A DNA stretch of 64,000 nucleotides from Chiloscyllium plagiosum (Eukaryota), in the NCBI RefSeq assembly GCF_004010195.1, contig NC_057719.1:89341403-89405402 (forward strand). Direction: 5' to 3'. Shown here piece by piece: positions 23,697 through 36,400 of this stretch. The translations under genes were made by a program, and so were the position numbers. The number at the start of each line of letters is the position of its first letter. Positions within the stretch are counted from its first letter, which is position 1. A model generated the notes under the pieces. It was not told the origin of the DNA. It made no database searches and saw nothing but the letters and a program-made list of their open reading frames with translations.

Positions 23697-23929
23697 CATT
23701 GAGCACAGGAGTCGCAATGTCATGTTGTGGATATACAGAACACTAATGAGGCAAATTTTGGAATACCATGTACAACTCTGGGTCTCCTTGCTAGAGGAAA
23801 GATGTTGTGAAACCTGAGAGAGTTTGGAAAAGATTTATAAGGATGCGGCCGGGATTGGAAGGTTTGAGTTTTAGGGAGGTGCTGAATAGGCTGGGGCTAT
23901 ATTCCCTCAGAGGCTGAAGCGTAACCTTA

Positions 23930-24720
23930 TCATAGAATTATAGAAACCCTACAGTGTGAAAACAGTCCATTTGGCCCAACACGTTCACACCGACCCTCTG
24001 AAGATCAACCCACCCAGACCCATTCCCCTGGGCTATTGTTCCAGTTTTACTCCTTGCTAACGCACCTACCCTACACATCCCTGAACACTATGGGCAATTT
24101 AGTATGGCCAATTCACCTAACCTGTAATCTGCACGATTAGATTAGATTCCCAAAAGTGTGGAAACAGGCCCTTTGGCCCAACAAGTCCACAGTGACCCTC
24201 TGAACAGTAACCTACCCAGAGCTATTTCCCTCTGACTAATTAATGCACCACACTATGGGCAATTTAGCATGGCCAATTCACCTGACTTGCACATCTCTGG
24301 ACTGTGGGAGGAAACCAGAGCACCCGGAGGAAACCCAGGCAGACATGGGGAGAATGTGCAAATTCCACACAGACAGACAGTCACCCGAGGGCAGAATCGA
24401 ACCTGATTTCCTGGTGCTGTGAGGCAACAGTGCTAACCACTGAGCCACTGTGCTGCCCAAATAGATTTATGGTCATCGTTCCAGATGTTTCTCAAACCCA
24501 GGTTCCCAGAACATTACCTAGGTCCTTGGATTAATAGTCCAGCGATAATACCGCTCCGCCATAGCCTCCCTAGCCTTTGGATTGTGTGAAGAAACTGGAA
24601 CACCCGAGGGAAACCCTGGGGAGAATGTGGAAACTCCACACAGACGGTTGCCAGAGGCTGGAATCGAACCCAGGTCCCTGGCTCTGAGGCAGCAGTGGTA
24701 ACCGCTGAGCCAAGCTGCCG
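23930..24720 (-). mobile_element. Cluster of nested or tandem HE1-type SINE copies (about 23930-24135, 24136-24458, 24573-24720)
   Basis: Repeated (gatta)n tails, ggaaacaggccc and tgctaaccactgagccac heads. Confidence 0.8.
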
Positions 24721-25629
24721 GCCCTTACAAGGGTTTATAAAATAATGAGAGGCATGGATAGGGTAAATAAGGTACTTTGCCCAGGGTGGGGTAGTCCAAA
24801 ACTAGAGGACATATGTTTAAGGTGATGTGGAAAAGATTTAAAAAGAACCTAAAGAGTACCTTTTTCACAGAAGGTGGTGCTTGTGTATAATGAGTTGCCA
24901 AAAGGTAGTGGTGTATGGTGGTAGAATTACAACATTTAAAAGGCATCTGGAAGAGTATATGAATAGGAAGGGCTTGGGGAAATGGACTAAATGTTAGTCA
25001 AAGGGATTGCAATTTTGGTCAGCACAGAAGAGTGGACCAAATGGTCCGTTTCCATGTGATATGACTCAGTGCCATTTTCCACCCACAATTTACTGAAGTG
25101 GAGGCATATGGGATAAAACTGAGTCCTTTGATGAGTACCATTTGTTTGGAAAGTCAGAGAGGATAGTGAATACTCTAGTGGCCCACGTACTATATGCAAT
25201 TCTGCAGTTAGGCTGTCTTCTAATATCCATCTTAGGGCTATCATTCCCACCGTGACTTGGGCCGCACTTACTCACCATACTTCCTGCATCAACTTTCACT
25301 GGAAAGATGGCAGCTGAGAGGAAACCTGATAGAGGTCTACAAAATTATGAGATGCACAGATAAGGTGGATTTTCAGAGGGTTTTTCCCAGGGTTGAAATT
25401 ACAATTACAAGGGGGCACAGGTTCAAGGTGATAGGGGAACATTTTAGAGAGATGTACAAGGGAAGATTTTCATGCAGAGAGTGGTAGGAGTCTGGTATGC
25501 ACTGATAGAAGAGGTGGTGACATTCAAGATGCATCTGGATAGTTACATGAACAGGGAATGAATAGAGAGATATGGACCAAATAAGGCCAGGTTTGGTTTT
25601 TAGTTTAGGTAGGGCATGATGATCAGCAG

Positions 25630-28600
25630 AGTCACAATGTTGGTCTTTTTTTTAAAGAAAGGTTACTATGCCCTTGAGTTTATTTCCCCCAGAGTAATTG
25701 GCCAGGCTCCAACAAGGCTGAGTTTGAAAGTTTTATTGGGGCCTATTTTGTTTACCCATAATAGATAATGTTTCCAGACTAAGATCTTCATGTCTTAAAA
25801 AACTGGTATAATCAAAGGGCAGTGGCCAGCTAGCTATGTAGCTAGCCTTCATTTAGATCAGAGTTAGTTGCAGCAGGGAATGAGAGAAAAAAAACTGCTG
25901 AACTCTCTGCTCTGTCTTGAAACCTGTAAGCCTTTGTTTAATTTTACCTTTTGTGCCAAGGGATCTGTTTGTGGGGATTAGATTAGATTAAGTAGGTAAG
26001 TGCTGCATTTTGCTTGTTCTATTCTTTAGACCTAGTTTTTTTTTTAAAAAGGTTACTTTTCGAGGGATGGCAGTGAAGGCAGTGCAATCCTCTTGCAACA
26101 TGTTTGAGGTGAGGGATGCCATGGACGTCCCTGCTGATTACACTTGCAGGAAGTGCACCCATCTCCAGCTCCTCCAAGACCGTGTTAGGGAACTGGAGCT
26201 GGAGTTGGATGAACTTAGGAACATTCGGGAGGCAGAGGGGGTCATAAATCGGAGCTTTAGGGAAGTAGTAACTCCAAAGATGGCAGATAGATGGGTGACA
26301 GTGAGGGGGACTGGGAGGAAGCAGCCAGTGCAGGGACCCCCTGCGGCCGTTCCCCTCAAGAACAAGTATACCGTTTTGGATACTTGTGGGGGGGTAAGCA
26401 ATGGGGTTCAGGCCTCTGGCACGGAGCCTGTCCCCGTTGCTCAGAAGGGAAGGGCAATAGTAATTGGGGACTCGATAGTTCGGGGCACAGATAGGCGGTT
26501 TTGTGGGGGCGAGAGAGACTCACGTTTGGTATGTTGCCTCCCAGGTGCAAGGGTACGTGACGTCTCTGATCGTGTTTTCCGGGTCCTTAAGGGGGAGGGG
26601 GTGCAGCCCGAAGTGGTGGTCCACATTGGCACCAACGACATAGGTAGGAGGAGGGCTGAGGATGTTAGGCAGGCTTTCAGGGAGCTAGGTTGGAAGCTCA
26701 GAGTTAGAACAAACAGAGTTGTTGTCTCTGGTTTGTTATCCGTGCCACGTGATAGAGTCGAGGAATAGGGAGCGAGAACAGTTAAATGCGTAGCTACAGG
26801 GATAGCGCAGGAGGGAGGGATTCCGGTATCTGGATAACTTGGGTTCTTTCTGGGGAAGGTGGGACCTCTATAAACAGGATGGTCTACACCTGAACCTGAG
26901 GGGCAACAGTATCCTTGGGGGGAGGTTTGCTAGTGCTCTTGGGAGGGGGTGTTTAAAACTCTGCAGGGGCATGGGAACCTAGACTGTAGCTTTAGGGTGC
27001 AGGACCTGGAGTGTAGGGAGGTTAGGAGGGTGCCTGTAAACAGGAAAATGGCTTGAAGTGTGTATACTTCAATGCAAGAAGTATACGAAATAAGGTAGGT
27101 GAACTTGCAGCGTGGGTTGGTACCTGGGACTTCGATGTTGTAGCTATTACGGAAACATGGGTAGAACAGGGTCAGGATTGGCTGTTGCAGGTTCCAGGGT
27201 TTAAATGTTTTAGTAGGGTCAGAGGTGGGGGTAAAAGAGGGGGAGGTGTGGCATTGCTTGTCAAAGATAGTATCACAGCGGTGGAAAGGACGATGGATGA
27301 AGACTCGCCATCAGAGGTAGTTTGGGCTGAGGTTAGGAATAGGAAAGGTGAATTTGCTGAAAGTAATAGGGTGATTGTTATGGGGGACTTTAACTTTCCA
27401 GATATTGACTGGGAAAGCTATAACTCGAGTTTGTTAGCTGGGTCGGTGTTTGTCCAATGTGTGCAGGAGGGTTTCCTGACACAATATGTAGACAGGCCAA
27501 CAAGAGGTGAGGCCATACTGGATTTGGTTCTGGGTAACGAACCAGGCCAGGTGTTAGAATTGGAGGTAGGTGAGCACTTTGGGGACAGTGACCACAATTC
27601 GGTGACTTTTACTCTAGTGATGGAGAGGGATAAGTGTGCACTACAGGGCAAGAGTTATAGCTGGGGGCAGGGAAATTATGATGCGGTGAGGCACGACTTA
27701 GGATGCATGGCTTGAAAAAGTAGGTTTCAAGGCATGGGCACAATTGATTTGTGGAGCTTGTTCAAGAGCAACTATTGAGTGTCCTTGATAAGTATGTACC
27801 TGTCAGGCAGGGAGGAAAGGGTCGTGTGAGGGAACCATGGTTTAATAAGGAATTGGAATCCCTTGTTAAATGGAAGAGGGCGGCCTATCTCAAGATGAGA
27901 CGTGAAGCTTCAATTGGGGCGATTGAGAGTTATAAGGTAGCCAGGAAGGACCTGAAGAGAGAGCTAAAAGCAGCAAGGAGGGCACATGAAAGGTCCTTAA
28001 TTGATAGGATTAGGGAAAACCCTAAGGCTTTCTATAGGTATGTCAGGAATAAAAGAATGACTAGGGTAGGAATAGGTCCAGTCAAGGATAGTAGTGGGAA
28101 GTTGCGTGTGGAGGCTGAGGAGATTGGGGAGACACTGAATGAATACTTTTCGTCAGTATTCACTCAGGAACAGGACATTGTTGCCGATGTGAATACTGAG
28201 TCACAATTAAGTAGAATGGACTGCTTTGAGGTATGTAGGGAAGAGGTGTTGGAAATTCTGGAAAGGGTGAAAAACATAAGTCCCCTGGGCCTGATGGCAT
28301 TTATCCTAGGATTCTCTGGGAAGCAAGGGAGGAGATTGCAGAGCCATTGGCCTTGATTTTTATGTCCTCTTTGTCTACAGGAGTAGTGCCAGAAGACTGG
28401 AGGATAGCAAATGTGGTTCCCTTGTTCAAGAAGGGGAGTAGGGATAACCCTAGTAACTATAGGCCGGTGAGTCTCACTTCTGTTGTGGGCAAAGTCTTAG
28501 AGAGAATTGTAAGGGATAGGATTTATGAACATCTGGATAGGAATAATGTGGTTTTGTGAAGGGCAGGTCGTGCCTCACAAACCTTATCGAATTCTTTGAG

Positions 28601-29790
28601 AAGGTGACTAAGGAGGTAGACGAGGGTAAAGCGGTAGATGTGGTATATATGGATCTTAGTAAGGCGTTTGATAAAGTTACCCATGGTAGGCGACTGCAAA
28701 AAATACGGAGGTATGGCATTGAGGGTGAGTTGGAGGTTTGGATTAGGAATTGCCTGGCTGTAAGAAGGCAGAGGGTAGTAGTTGATGGTAAAGGTTCACC
28801 TTGGAGTGCAGTTACTAGCGGTGTTCCGCAAGGATCTGTTTTGGGACCATTGCTGTTTGTCATTTTTATAAATGACCTGGAGGAGGGGCTAGAAGGTTAG
28901 GTGAGCAAGTTTGCGGATGATACAAAAGTCGGTGGAGTTGTTGACAGTGAGGAAGGAGGTGTCAGGTTACAGCTGGATATAGATAAGTTGCAGAGTTGGG
29001 CAGAAAGGTGGCAAATGGAGTTCAATGTAGCTAAGTGTGAGGTGATTCACTTTGGAAAGATTACCAAAAAGAGGGGTACTGGGCTAATGGTCAGATACTT
29101 GGTAGTGTGGATGAGCAGAGGGATCTTGGTGTCCATGTACACAGATCTCTGAAAGTTGCCACCCAGGTAAATAGTGCGGTGAAGAAGGCATATGGCATAC
29201 TGGCTTTTATTGGGAGAGGAATTGAGTTCCGGAGACAGATGTTAGGGGTAGATTCTTTACTCAGCGAGTCGTGAGTTCATGGAATGCCCTGCCAGTAGCA
29301 GTGGTGGACTCTCCCTCTTTATGGGCATTTAAACGGGCATTGGAGAGGCATATGGAGGATAGTGGGCTAGTGTAGGTTAGGCGAGCTTGGATCAGCGCAA
29401 CATCGAGGGCCAAAGGGCCTGTATTGCGCTGCATTTTTCTATGTTCTATGTACCGACAGTATGGAAACACGTCCTTCGGCCCAACAAGTCCACACCCACC
29501 CAGACCCATTCCCCTACCCTTTATTTACTCCTGTTGCAACTATCTTTGGAAGAGTATCATTAAGTCGGGATAGTCTGTCGGGTTTGGATAGGAAGTTATC
29601 TGATATTCTATTTTCTGTTCTTGATGTTTCATTCTGTAATTTTGTAAGTAAATTCTGTTTGTTTAAAAAACTCAGCAGTCGGTCCAGCTAATAGAATCTG
29701 GGAGTATCTACTATATACTTACCTAAAACAAATAGCAAAGCCTGGGCTACCTGCTGAAAAATGTTTTGAGGGGTCGGGCCTGTTCCTGTG
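25630..29790. mobile_element. Solo-LTR-like element split by a SINE tail and a CR1 (pieces 25630-25975 and ~29530-29790)
   Basis: Both pieces align by eye with the intact copy at 41448-42097 (ggttactatg.ccttgag, gtttgaaagttttattggggcc, attctattttctgtt, ttttgagggg). Confidence 0.7.
25995..29450 (+). mobile_element. Near full-length, disrupted CR1 LINE: ORF1 (Cys motif plus SGNH esterase, from ATG 26067) and ORF2 (APE endonuclease plus RT)
   Basis: ORF1: TCRKC, IVIGDSIVRG, HIGTND, DGLHLN at ~26880. ORF2: [52 protein letters not shown]. Several frameshifts and internal deletions; tail ttctatgttctatg. Confidence 0.93.
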
Positions 29791-31061
29791 TTGTCCTTTC
29801 ACTTTTGGTTTTCGTTGACTGCCTTCCTTTCTCCCAGTTTCTGAAGTATATTTTCTGATGTTAGTTTCCTCATCATTCTTCCAACATTGCTTCCTTTTTC
29901 TGCACACACCCCCCCACCGCCCAAACTCAGGATCCCTATCCTTTTGTGGCAAGCAAGACCTTCAATCATGTTCAACCCATTTCCTGTATTTCTGCTTTCT
30001 GCGGTATCTGACCTTCCCTTCTGTTTCACTTACCCCACTCCTCCCCACTCTTAACAAGAAGGATCTAAAGTTGGTTAACAGCTTAAAGGTAAACAGTTGC
30101 TTATTTTCAGATTGAAGGGACATTACAATGTTGTAACTCAAGGCTATTGCAATCACTGTTCTTTTTGATGTGTTTTTGTCACTTGGACTTGGGTATTTGG
30201 TATAAAATCAAAGTTTGCAAACAACATTATGTCTTTCAAGGATCCTAACAGTTTTGGAATTCATCAAAGAAGCAAACAGATGACAGAAGATTTAACAAAG
30301 GCAAGTGTGTAGTGAAATAAAAACAGGTAGTGTTGGAGAAACTCAGCAGAACTGGCAGCATCTGTGAAGACAAAGAGTCCACTATGACTCATTTAGAATT
30401 GATGGGGGCTGGAAACGTGGCTTTTGTTTTAAACTGCAGAAAGCAGAAGGCCAAACAGTAGCAGAATAATGATACAGAAAAAAGAAATGTTAATTGTAAG
30501 TATCAGTAGCAGAAAATAGATCAGCTCTACTAGGAACAAACACATGCAAGCAAAGCTTTTGGAAAAGTATTTCTGTTTAGGGAGGGGAGAAGTTTCACAT
30601 TGGTGGTAATGCATTTTGATAGGATGAGGTAAAGAAAAGATTTAGATAAAGGAATAAAGTATATAAGCAAATAAGGTATGCCACATTCTGGACAGCATTC
30701 TTTAGGAAGGATATGAAATGGTTCAAGGGATTTACTACAATAGTACCTGGGATAAAAGGAGTTAACTGGACACTCAGCGTTTTCAAATAATGAAAAATTG
30801 AAACACTTCATAAGAAACTGTTTCCAGCGTCAGTAAGGTCAATAAGCAGAGAATGCAGATTTTTGCCTGACAAAAATGGACACTTGGTTTATCCCGAATG
30901 CTCTTGCCGAAAGGACAACGGAATCAGTTTCAAAGTAACATGGAAGATGAAATAAATAAGGCAAAATGTGAAAGGGAGTGGGATTCATTAGTTCAGCAAA
31001 TAGCCAGCATAGACACAATGGGTCTAATGCTGTCTTCTGCCCTATCATCCTCAAATGAAAA

Positions 31062-31255
31062 CCAAATGATCTGTGGATGCTGGAAATCAGAAACAAAAAG
31101 CAGAAAATGCTGGAAAAGTTCAGCAGGTCTCACAGCATCTATGGAGAGAAATCAGGGTTAGCATTTCAGGTCAAGTGATCATTCCTCAGAACTCAATTCT
31201 CTCCACAGATGCTGCCTGACCTGCTGAGTTTTTTCAGCAGCTTCTATTTTTGATC
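31062..31255. mobile_element. Older Penelope pLTR-like inverted pair
   Basis: Arms tgctggaaaagttcagcaggtc / gacctgctgagttttttcagca; eroded CTGAGGA...GAAA motif on the minus strand. Confidence 0.55.
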
Positions 31256-31365
31256 CTATGATTCTAATAGGTCCCGCAAAACTAGTGAACAAAGTAGTGC
31301 AATGAGATAACAACATTTGGGTTTTATAATTAACTTTGCATCAATTCCCTGCTGACAGTGGCAAA

Positions 31366-31515
31366 CAGAGGAGCCTCAATTATCTGAAGGACACTGGCAG
31401 GGAGTATTTTGTTCAGATAATCGAATGCCGGATAACACAGTTTAGCCAAGTGTCACGATCTTGTTCGGATAATCTGAAATTTCGATAATCGAAGCCAGAT
31501 TAACAGGTTCCTCTG
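31366..31515. mobile_element. Tc1/mariner (Tigger-like) MITE
   Basis: Termini cagaggagcctc / aggttcctctg followed by TA; internal ggataatc repeats. Confidence 0.6.
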
Positions 31516-32090
31516 TACTCTCTGTCCAAAGAATAGCGCATTCCATTTACCTCACGAATTTGAGGGGAAAATTTCTGCCTACCTTCTCTGGGTAAAGGTA
31601 GTACCTCATGAGAAAATCCCTCCATTTATCTGAAAAGTGCCAGGTCAACATTTATATGTCAGTTTGATGTCAGTAATAAATCACAATCCCAGTAATATGA
31701 TGAACTACCAGTTACTTAGGGGCTTAGTTTAACTTTTGGGTGAAAGGTTAATCAACCTAATCATGATGTTCTATTTGGGAGTCACCACAATAATCTGAAA
31801 GGAGTTGCTCTTGAGAGGCTCGCTCAATAGCTTCCAACACCTTAGCAGAGAAAACAGCAGAAATGCACAGGAAGTCATCTGTGGCCCACCACTCAACATG
31901 GTATTTTGGAATAAGTTTTTGTTAAACTTCAAACCAGCCCAGCCAGTTACCCACATACCATGAACAAATGAAACAAAAGATTCAAATGGATAATGTACAA
32001 GTAATATACTTACAAACAGTCTAAAGTAGGCTAAAGACTCACTTGGTGAATTCCAACTCATTTATATAACTCAGTACAAACTATACATAC

Positions 32091-32148
32091 CTTGCAACTT
32101 TCCTGAAGCCCCTTGCACTCTCTTCCAGCTTAAAACCAAGCCGCATTT
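32091..32148 (-). CDS. RBM25: RBM25 coding exon (KCGLVLSWKRVQGASGKLQ), RRM
   Basis: ttttcag| acceptor, |gtatgt donor, 58 nt, phase 1. Confidence 0.97.
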
Positions 32149-32671
32149 CTGAAAATTGGAGATGATTATTACCATGTTGTTTACCAACTGAATGTCAGCT
32201 TTTATAACAACGCTGTAAAACATATTACGAGGAACCATTTTGTCAAGTCCACACATGAGCTGTAATCCACAAGTAAACAAAGAGCAATTCACCACAGTTT
32301 ATTTTCTAACAATGCGAAACAGGCGTTTCAATTTGTGCTTTAGCAATCTGGGATGGGAGGCACAACATCAATACAGCATCATCTCTACTTGAAAATGAAA
32401 ATGAAACTGAGGCATTGGAGCCAGGACTTGGTGCAGGAAGACAGGATAGATATTTGTTTGAAGAAAGGGTAGAATTCATTTCTACTGACTTATCTCAATA
32501 GTTAGGTAGCCCAAGAACAAAGATCTGTGTTCTTAGATGTGCCATTACCATCTAGGCACAGCGGCCACACACAGCACCATAACTCAGCCTAAGTCAATTA
32601 CGCATTAGGGAGACAACTGCAACACCAACTTTTATGATGTTCTCCATATGACATTGCAAAAGGAAACTTAC

Positions 32672-32842
32672 TGCAAGCAACTGCCTGATTAGCATATCTG
32701 AAGCTTTCTCAGAGATATTGCCAACGAACACCGTTGTAGTTGGACCACTGTTTTCATCACTATCACGGCTCCTCTGACTAGAATGGTCTTTCCTTGGTCC
32801 AATATGCTTTCCAACCATGGGTACAGAGGTTGGTACCAGAAC
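32672..32842 (-). CDS. RBM25: RBM25 coding exon (VLVPTSVPMVGKHIG...PTTTVFVGNISEKASDMLIRQLLA), RRM RNP2
   Basis: ttttacacag| acceptor, |gtaagt donor, 171 nt; VFVGNI is an RNP2 motif. Confidence 0.97.
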
Positions 32843-33409
32843 CTGTGTAAAACACTGCAATGTTTGAATCTATTATTCAAGAAATAGAAACATCGAAGAT
32901 AATCCTTTGTACAATGTGGTAATACTGCTTCAAGATCATTTCAAGGAATAAAGGACGCCAGCTTTCTGAACTTATTGATCCCACAATCCAATGTTCCTGT
33001 ACGAATTTCATCACTTAAATAGAAACAATTTGCTCAGACATAAGTTTAGAGATCATAGTAAACCATGCAGAATACTGCAAATCGTGAACATTAGAGGGAG
33101 TGGATCTAAAGTTGCAGCAGAATGGCAATTTGGCATCCTTATGTAGTTCAGTTTTTGTTACAAGAATCGTAGTGGATAGATTTCATAATCTTAATGGGTC
33201 AAAACAGAGTTATGAAGTGGTTACTCTGAGATTCTCAGGCAATCAATTTTTCCCGATAGAATGAGATATAATACTCCTTTCTGAACCAACCTATGTGTGG
33301 AGGCTGCAAAGAATGAAGGAAAGGAAAGGCTGCAGAGGAACAAAGAAAAGTACTAATGTTAAAAACCGTAAAAGAGGAGAGAGAAAATGGACAGTGACAA
33401 AAGTGGGAG

Positions 33410-36400
33410 AGGATTCTGGGTAGTACAAGATGGAGGACAGAAACTTTCTGGCTATAAGAGCTGCTCTTTTTTTTTGAGGTATTTTAGGTGTAGGAGGTGA
33501 TGTCCTCGAATTCCAGGAGCAGCAATTACTGTTTTATATGCTGTTGCATTTTTTTGGAACTTTGGAAAAAAAGTCAAAACAACAGCAGTTTAAAAGGGAG
33601 AAGAGCAGAAAAAGGAAGCACATGGTGAGCGAGAGAGAGAGCGCGCGAGAGAGAGCGCGCGCGAGAGAGCGCGCGCGAGAGAGAGCGCGCGAGAGAGCGC
33701 GAGAGAGCGCGAGCGAGAGAGAGCGCGAGAGAGAGCGCGAGAGAGAGCGCGAGAGAGAGCGCGAGAGAGAGCGCGAGAGAGAGCGCGAGAGAGAGCGCGA
33801 GAGAGAGCGCGAGAGAGAGCGCGAGAGAGAGCGCGAGAGAGAGCGCGAGAGAGAGCGCGAGAGAGAGCGCGAGAGAGAGCGCGAGAGAGAGCGCGAGAGA
33901 GAGCGCGAGAGAGAGCGCGAGAGAGAGCGCGAGAGAGAGCGCGAGAGAGAGCGCGAGAGAGAGCGCGAGAGAGAGCGCGAGAGAGAGCGCGAGAGAGAGC
34001 GCGAGAGAGAGCGCGAGAGAGAGCGCGAGAGAGAGCGCGAGAGAGAGCGCGAGAGAGAGCGCGAGAGAGAGCGCGAGAGAGAGCGCGAGAGAGAGCGCGA
34101 GAGAGAGCGCGAGAGAGAGCGCGAGAGAGAGCGCGAGAGAGAGCGCGAGAGAGAGCGCGAGAGAGAGCGCGAGAGAGAGCGCGAGAGAGAGCGCGAGAGA
34201 GAGCGCGAGAGAGAGCGCGAGAGAGAGCGCGAGAGAGAGCGCGAGAGAGAGCGCGAGAGAGAGCGCGAGAGAGAGCGCGAGAGAGAGCGCGAGAGAGAGC
34301 GCGAGAGAGAGCGCGAGAGAGAGCGCGAGAGAGAGCGCGAGAGAGAGCGCGAGAGAGAGCGCGAGAGAGAGCGCGAGAGAGAGCGCGAGAGAGAGCGCGA
34401 GAGAGAGCGCGAGAGAGAGCGCGAGAGAGAGCGCGAGAGAGAGCGCGAGAGAGAGCGCGAGAGAGAGCGCGAGAGAGAGCGCGAGAGAGAGCGCGAGAGA
34501 GAGCGCGAGAGAGAGCGCGAGAGAGAGCGCGAGAGAGAGCGCGAGAGAGAGCGCGAGAGAGAGCGCGAGAGAGAGCGCGAGAGAGAGCGCGAGAGAGAGC
34601 GCGAGAGAGAGCGCGAGAGAGAGCGCGAGAGAGAGCGCGAGAGAGAGCGCGAGAGAGAGCGCGAGAGAGAGCGCGAGAGAGAGCGCGAGAGAGAGCGCGA
34701 GAGAGAGCGCGAGAGAGAGCGCGAGAGAGAGCGCGAGAGAGAGCGCGAGAGAGAGCGCGAGAGAGAGCGCGAGAGAGAGCGCGAGAGAGAGCGCGAGAGA
34801 GAGCGCCAGTATGTGGATGTACCTACTAGAGAAGGTGCAAAACTTGACCTACTCTTGGGAAATAAGGCAGGGCAGGTGACTGGGGTGTCAGTGAGGGAGC
34901 ACTTTGGGGCCAGCGACCATAATTCTATTAGATTGAAAATAGCGATGGAAAAAGATAAACCAGATCTAAAAGTTGAAGTTCTAAATTGTAGAAAGGCCAA
35001 TTTTGACGGTATTAGGCAAGAACTTTCGAAAGCTGATTGGAGGCAAATGTTCGCAGTTAAAGGGTCAGCTGGAAGATGGGAAGCCTTCAGAAATGAGATA
35101 ACAAGAATCCAGAGAAAGTATATTCCTGTCGGGTGAAAGGGAAGGCTGGTAGGTATACGGAATGCTGGATGACTAAAGAAATTGAGGGTTTGGTTAAGAA
35201 AAAGAAGGAAGCATATGTCAGGTATAGACAGGATAGATCGAGTGAATCCTTAGAAAAGTATAAAGAAAGTAGGAGTATACTTAAGAGGGAAACCAGGAGG
35301 GCAAAACGGGGACATGAGATAGCTTTGCAAATAGAATTAAGGAGAATCCAAAGGGTTTTTACAAATATATTAAGGACAAAAGGGTAACTAGGGAGAGAAT
35401 AGGGTCCCTAAAGATCAGCAAGGTGGCGTTTGTGTGGAGCCACAGAAAATGGGGGAGATACTAAATGAATATTTTGCATCAGTATTTACTGCGGAAAAGG
35501 ACATGGAAGATATAGACTGTAGGGAAATAGATGGTGACATCTTGCAAAATGTCCAGATTACAGAGGAGGAAGTGCTGGATGTCTTGAAACGGTTAAAGGT
35601 GGATAAATCCCCAGGACCTGATCAGGTGTACCCGAGAACTCTGGGGGAAGCTCGAGAAGTGATTGCTGGGCCTCTTGCTGAGATATTGGTAGCATCGATA
35701 GTCACAGGTGAGGTGCCGGAAGACTGGAGGTTGGCAAACGTGGTGCCACTGTTTAAGAAGGGCGGTAAAGACAAGCCAGGGAACTATAGACCAGTGAGCC
35801 TGACCCCAGTGGTGGGCAAGTTGTTGGAGGGAATCCTGAGGGACAGGATGTACATGTATTTGAAAGGCAAGGACCGATTCGGGATAGTCAACATGGCTTT
35901 GTGCATGGGAAATCATGTCTCACAAACTTCATTGAGGAGTTTTTTGAAGTAACAAAGAAGATTGATGAGGGCAGAGCAGTCGATGTGATCCAAATGGACT
36001 TCAGTAAGGCGTTTGACAAGATTCCATGGGAGACTGATTAGCAAGGTTAGATCTCATGGAATGCAGGGAGAACTAGCCATTTGTATACAGAACTGGCTCA
36101 AAGATAGAAGACAGAGGGTGGTAGTGGAGGGTTGTTTTTCAGACTGGAGGCCTGTGATCAGTGGAGTGCCACAAGGATCGGTGCTAGGCCCAAGGCTTTT
36201 TGTCATTTACATAAACGATTTGGATGCGAGCATAAGAGGTACAGTTAGCAAGTTTGCAGATGACACCAAAATTGGAGATGTAGTGGACTGTGACTATCGA
36301 TGATACCAATATCTCAGCAAGAGGCCCAGCAATCACTTCTCTAGCTTCCCACAGAGTTCTCGGGTACACCTGATCAGGTCCTGGGGATTTATCCACCTTT

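Larger units (their letters stand above)
22735..25065 (+). mobile_element. Degenerate CR1 3' half containing a nested pLTR and several SINEs
   Basis: PQGLVLGPLLFTIY, KFGGDTKIGG, GMLAFISE; 3'UTR gtccgtttccatgtgatatgact. Confidence 0.75.

Noticed and set aside
25995..29450. An active autonomous LINE
   Set aside because: Both ORFs have frameshifts, stops and internal deletions; the same applies to 51950-56500.
33534..35136. 532-aa (+) poly-ER and 488-aa (-) SR-like ORFs as real genes or an extra RBM25 exon
   Set aside because: They are open only because the 12-mer has no stop codon. The poly-ER frame is antisense to RBM25, has no splice-site support and is flanked by LINE sequence.
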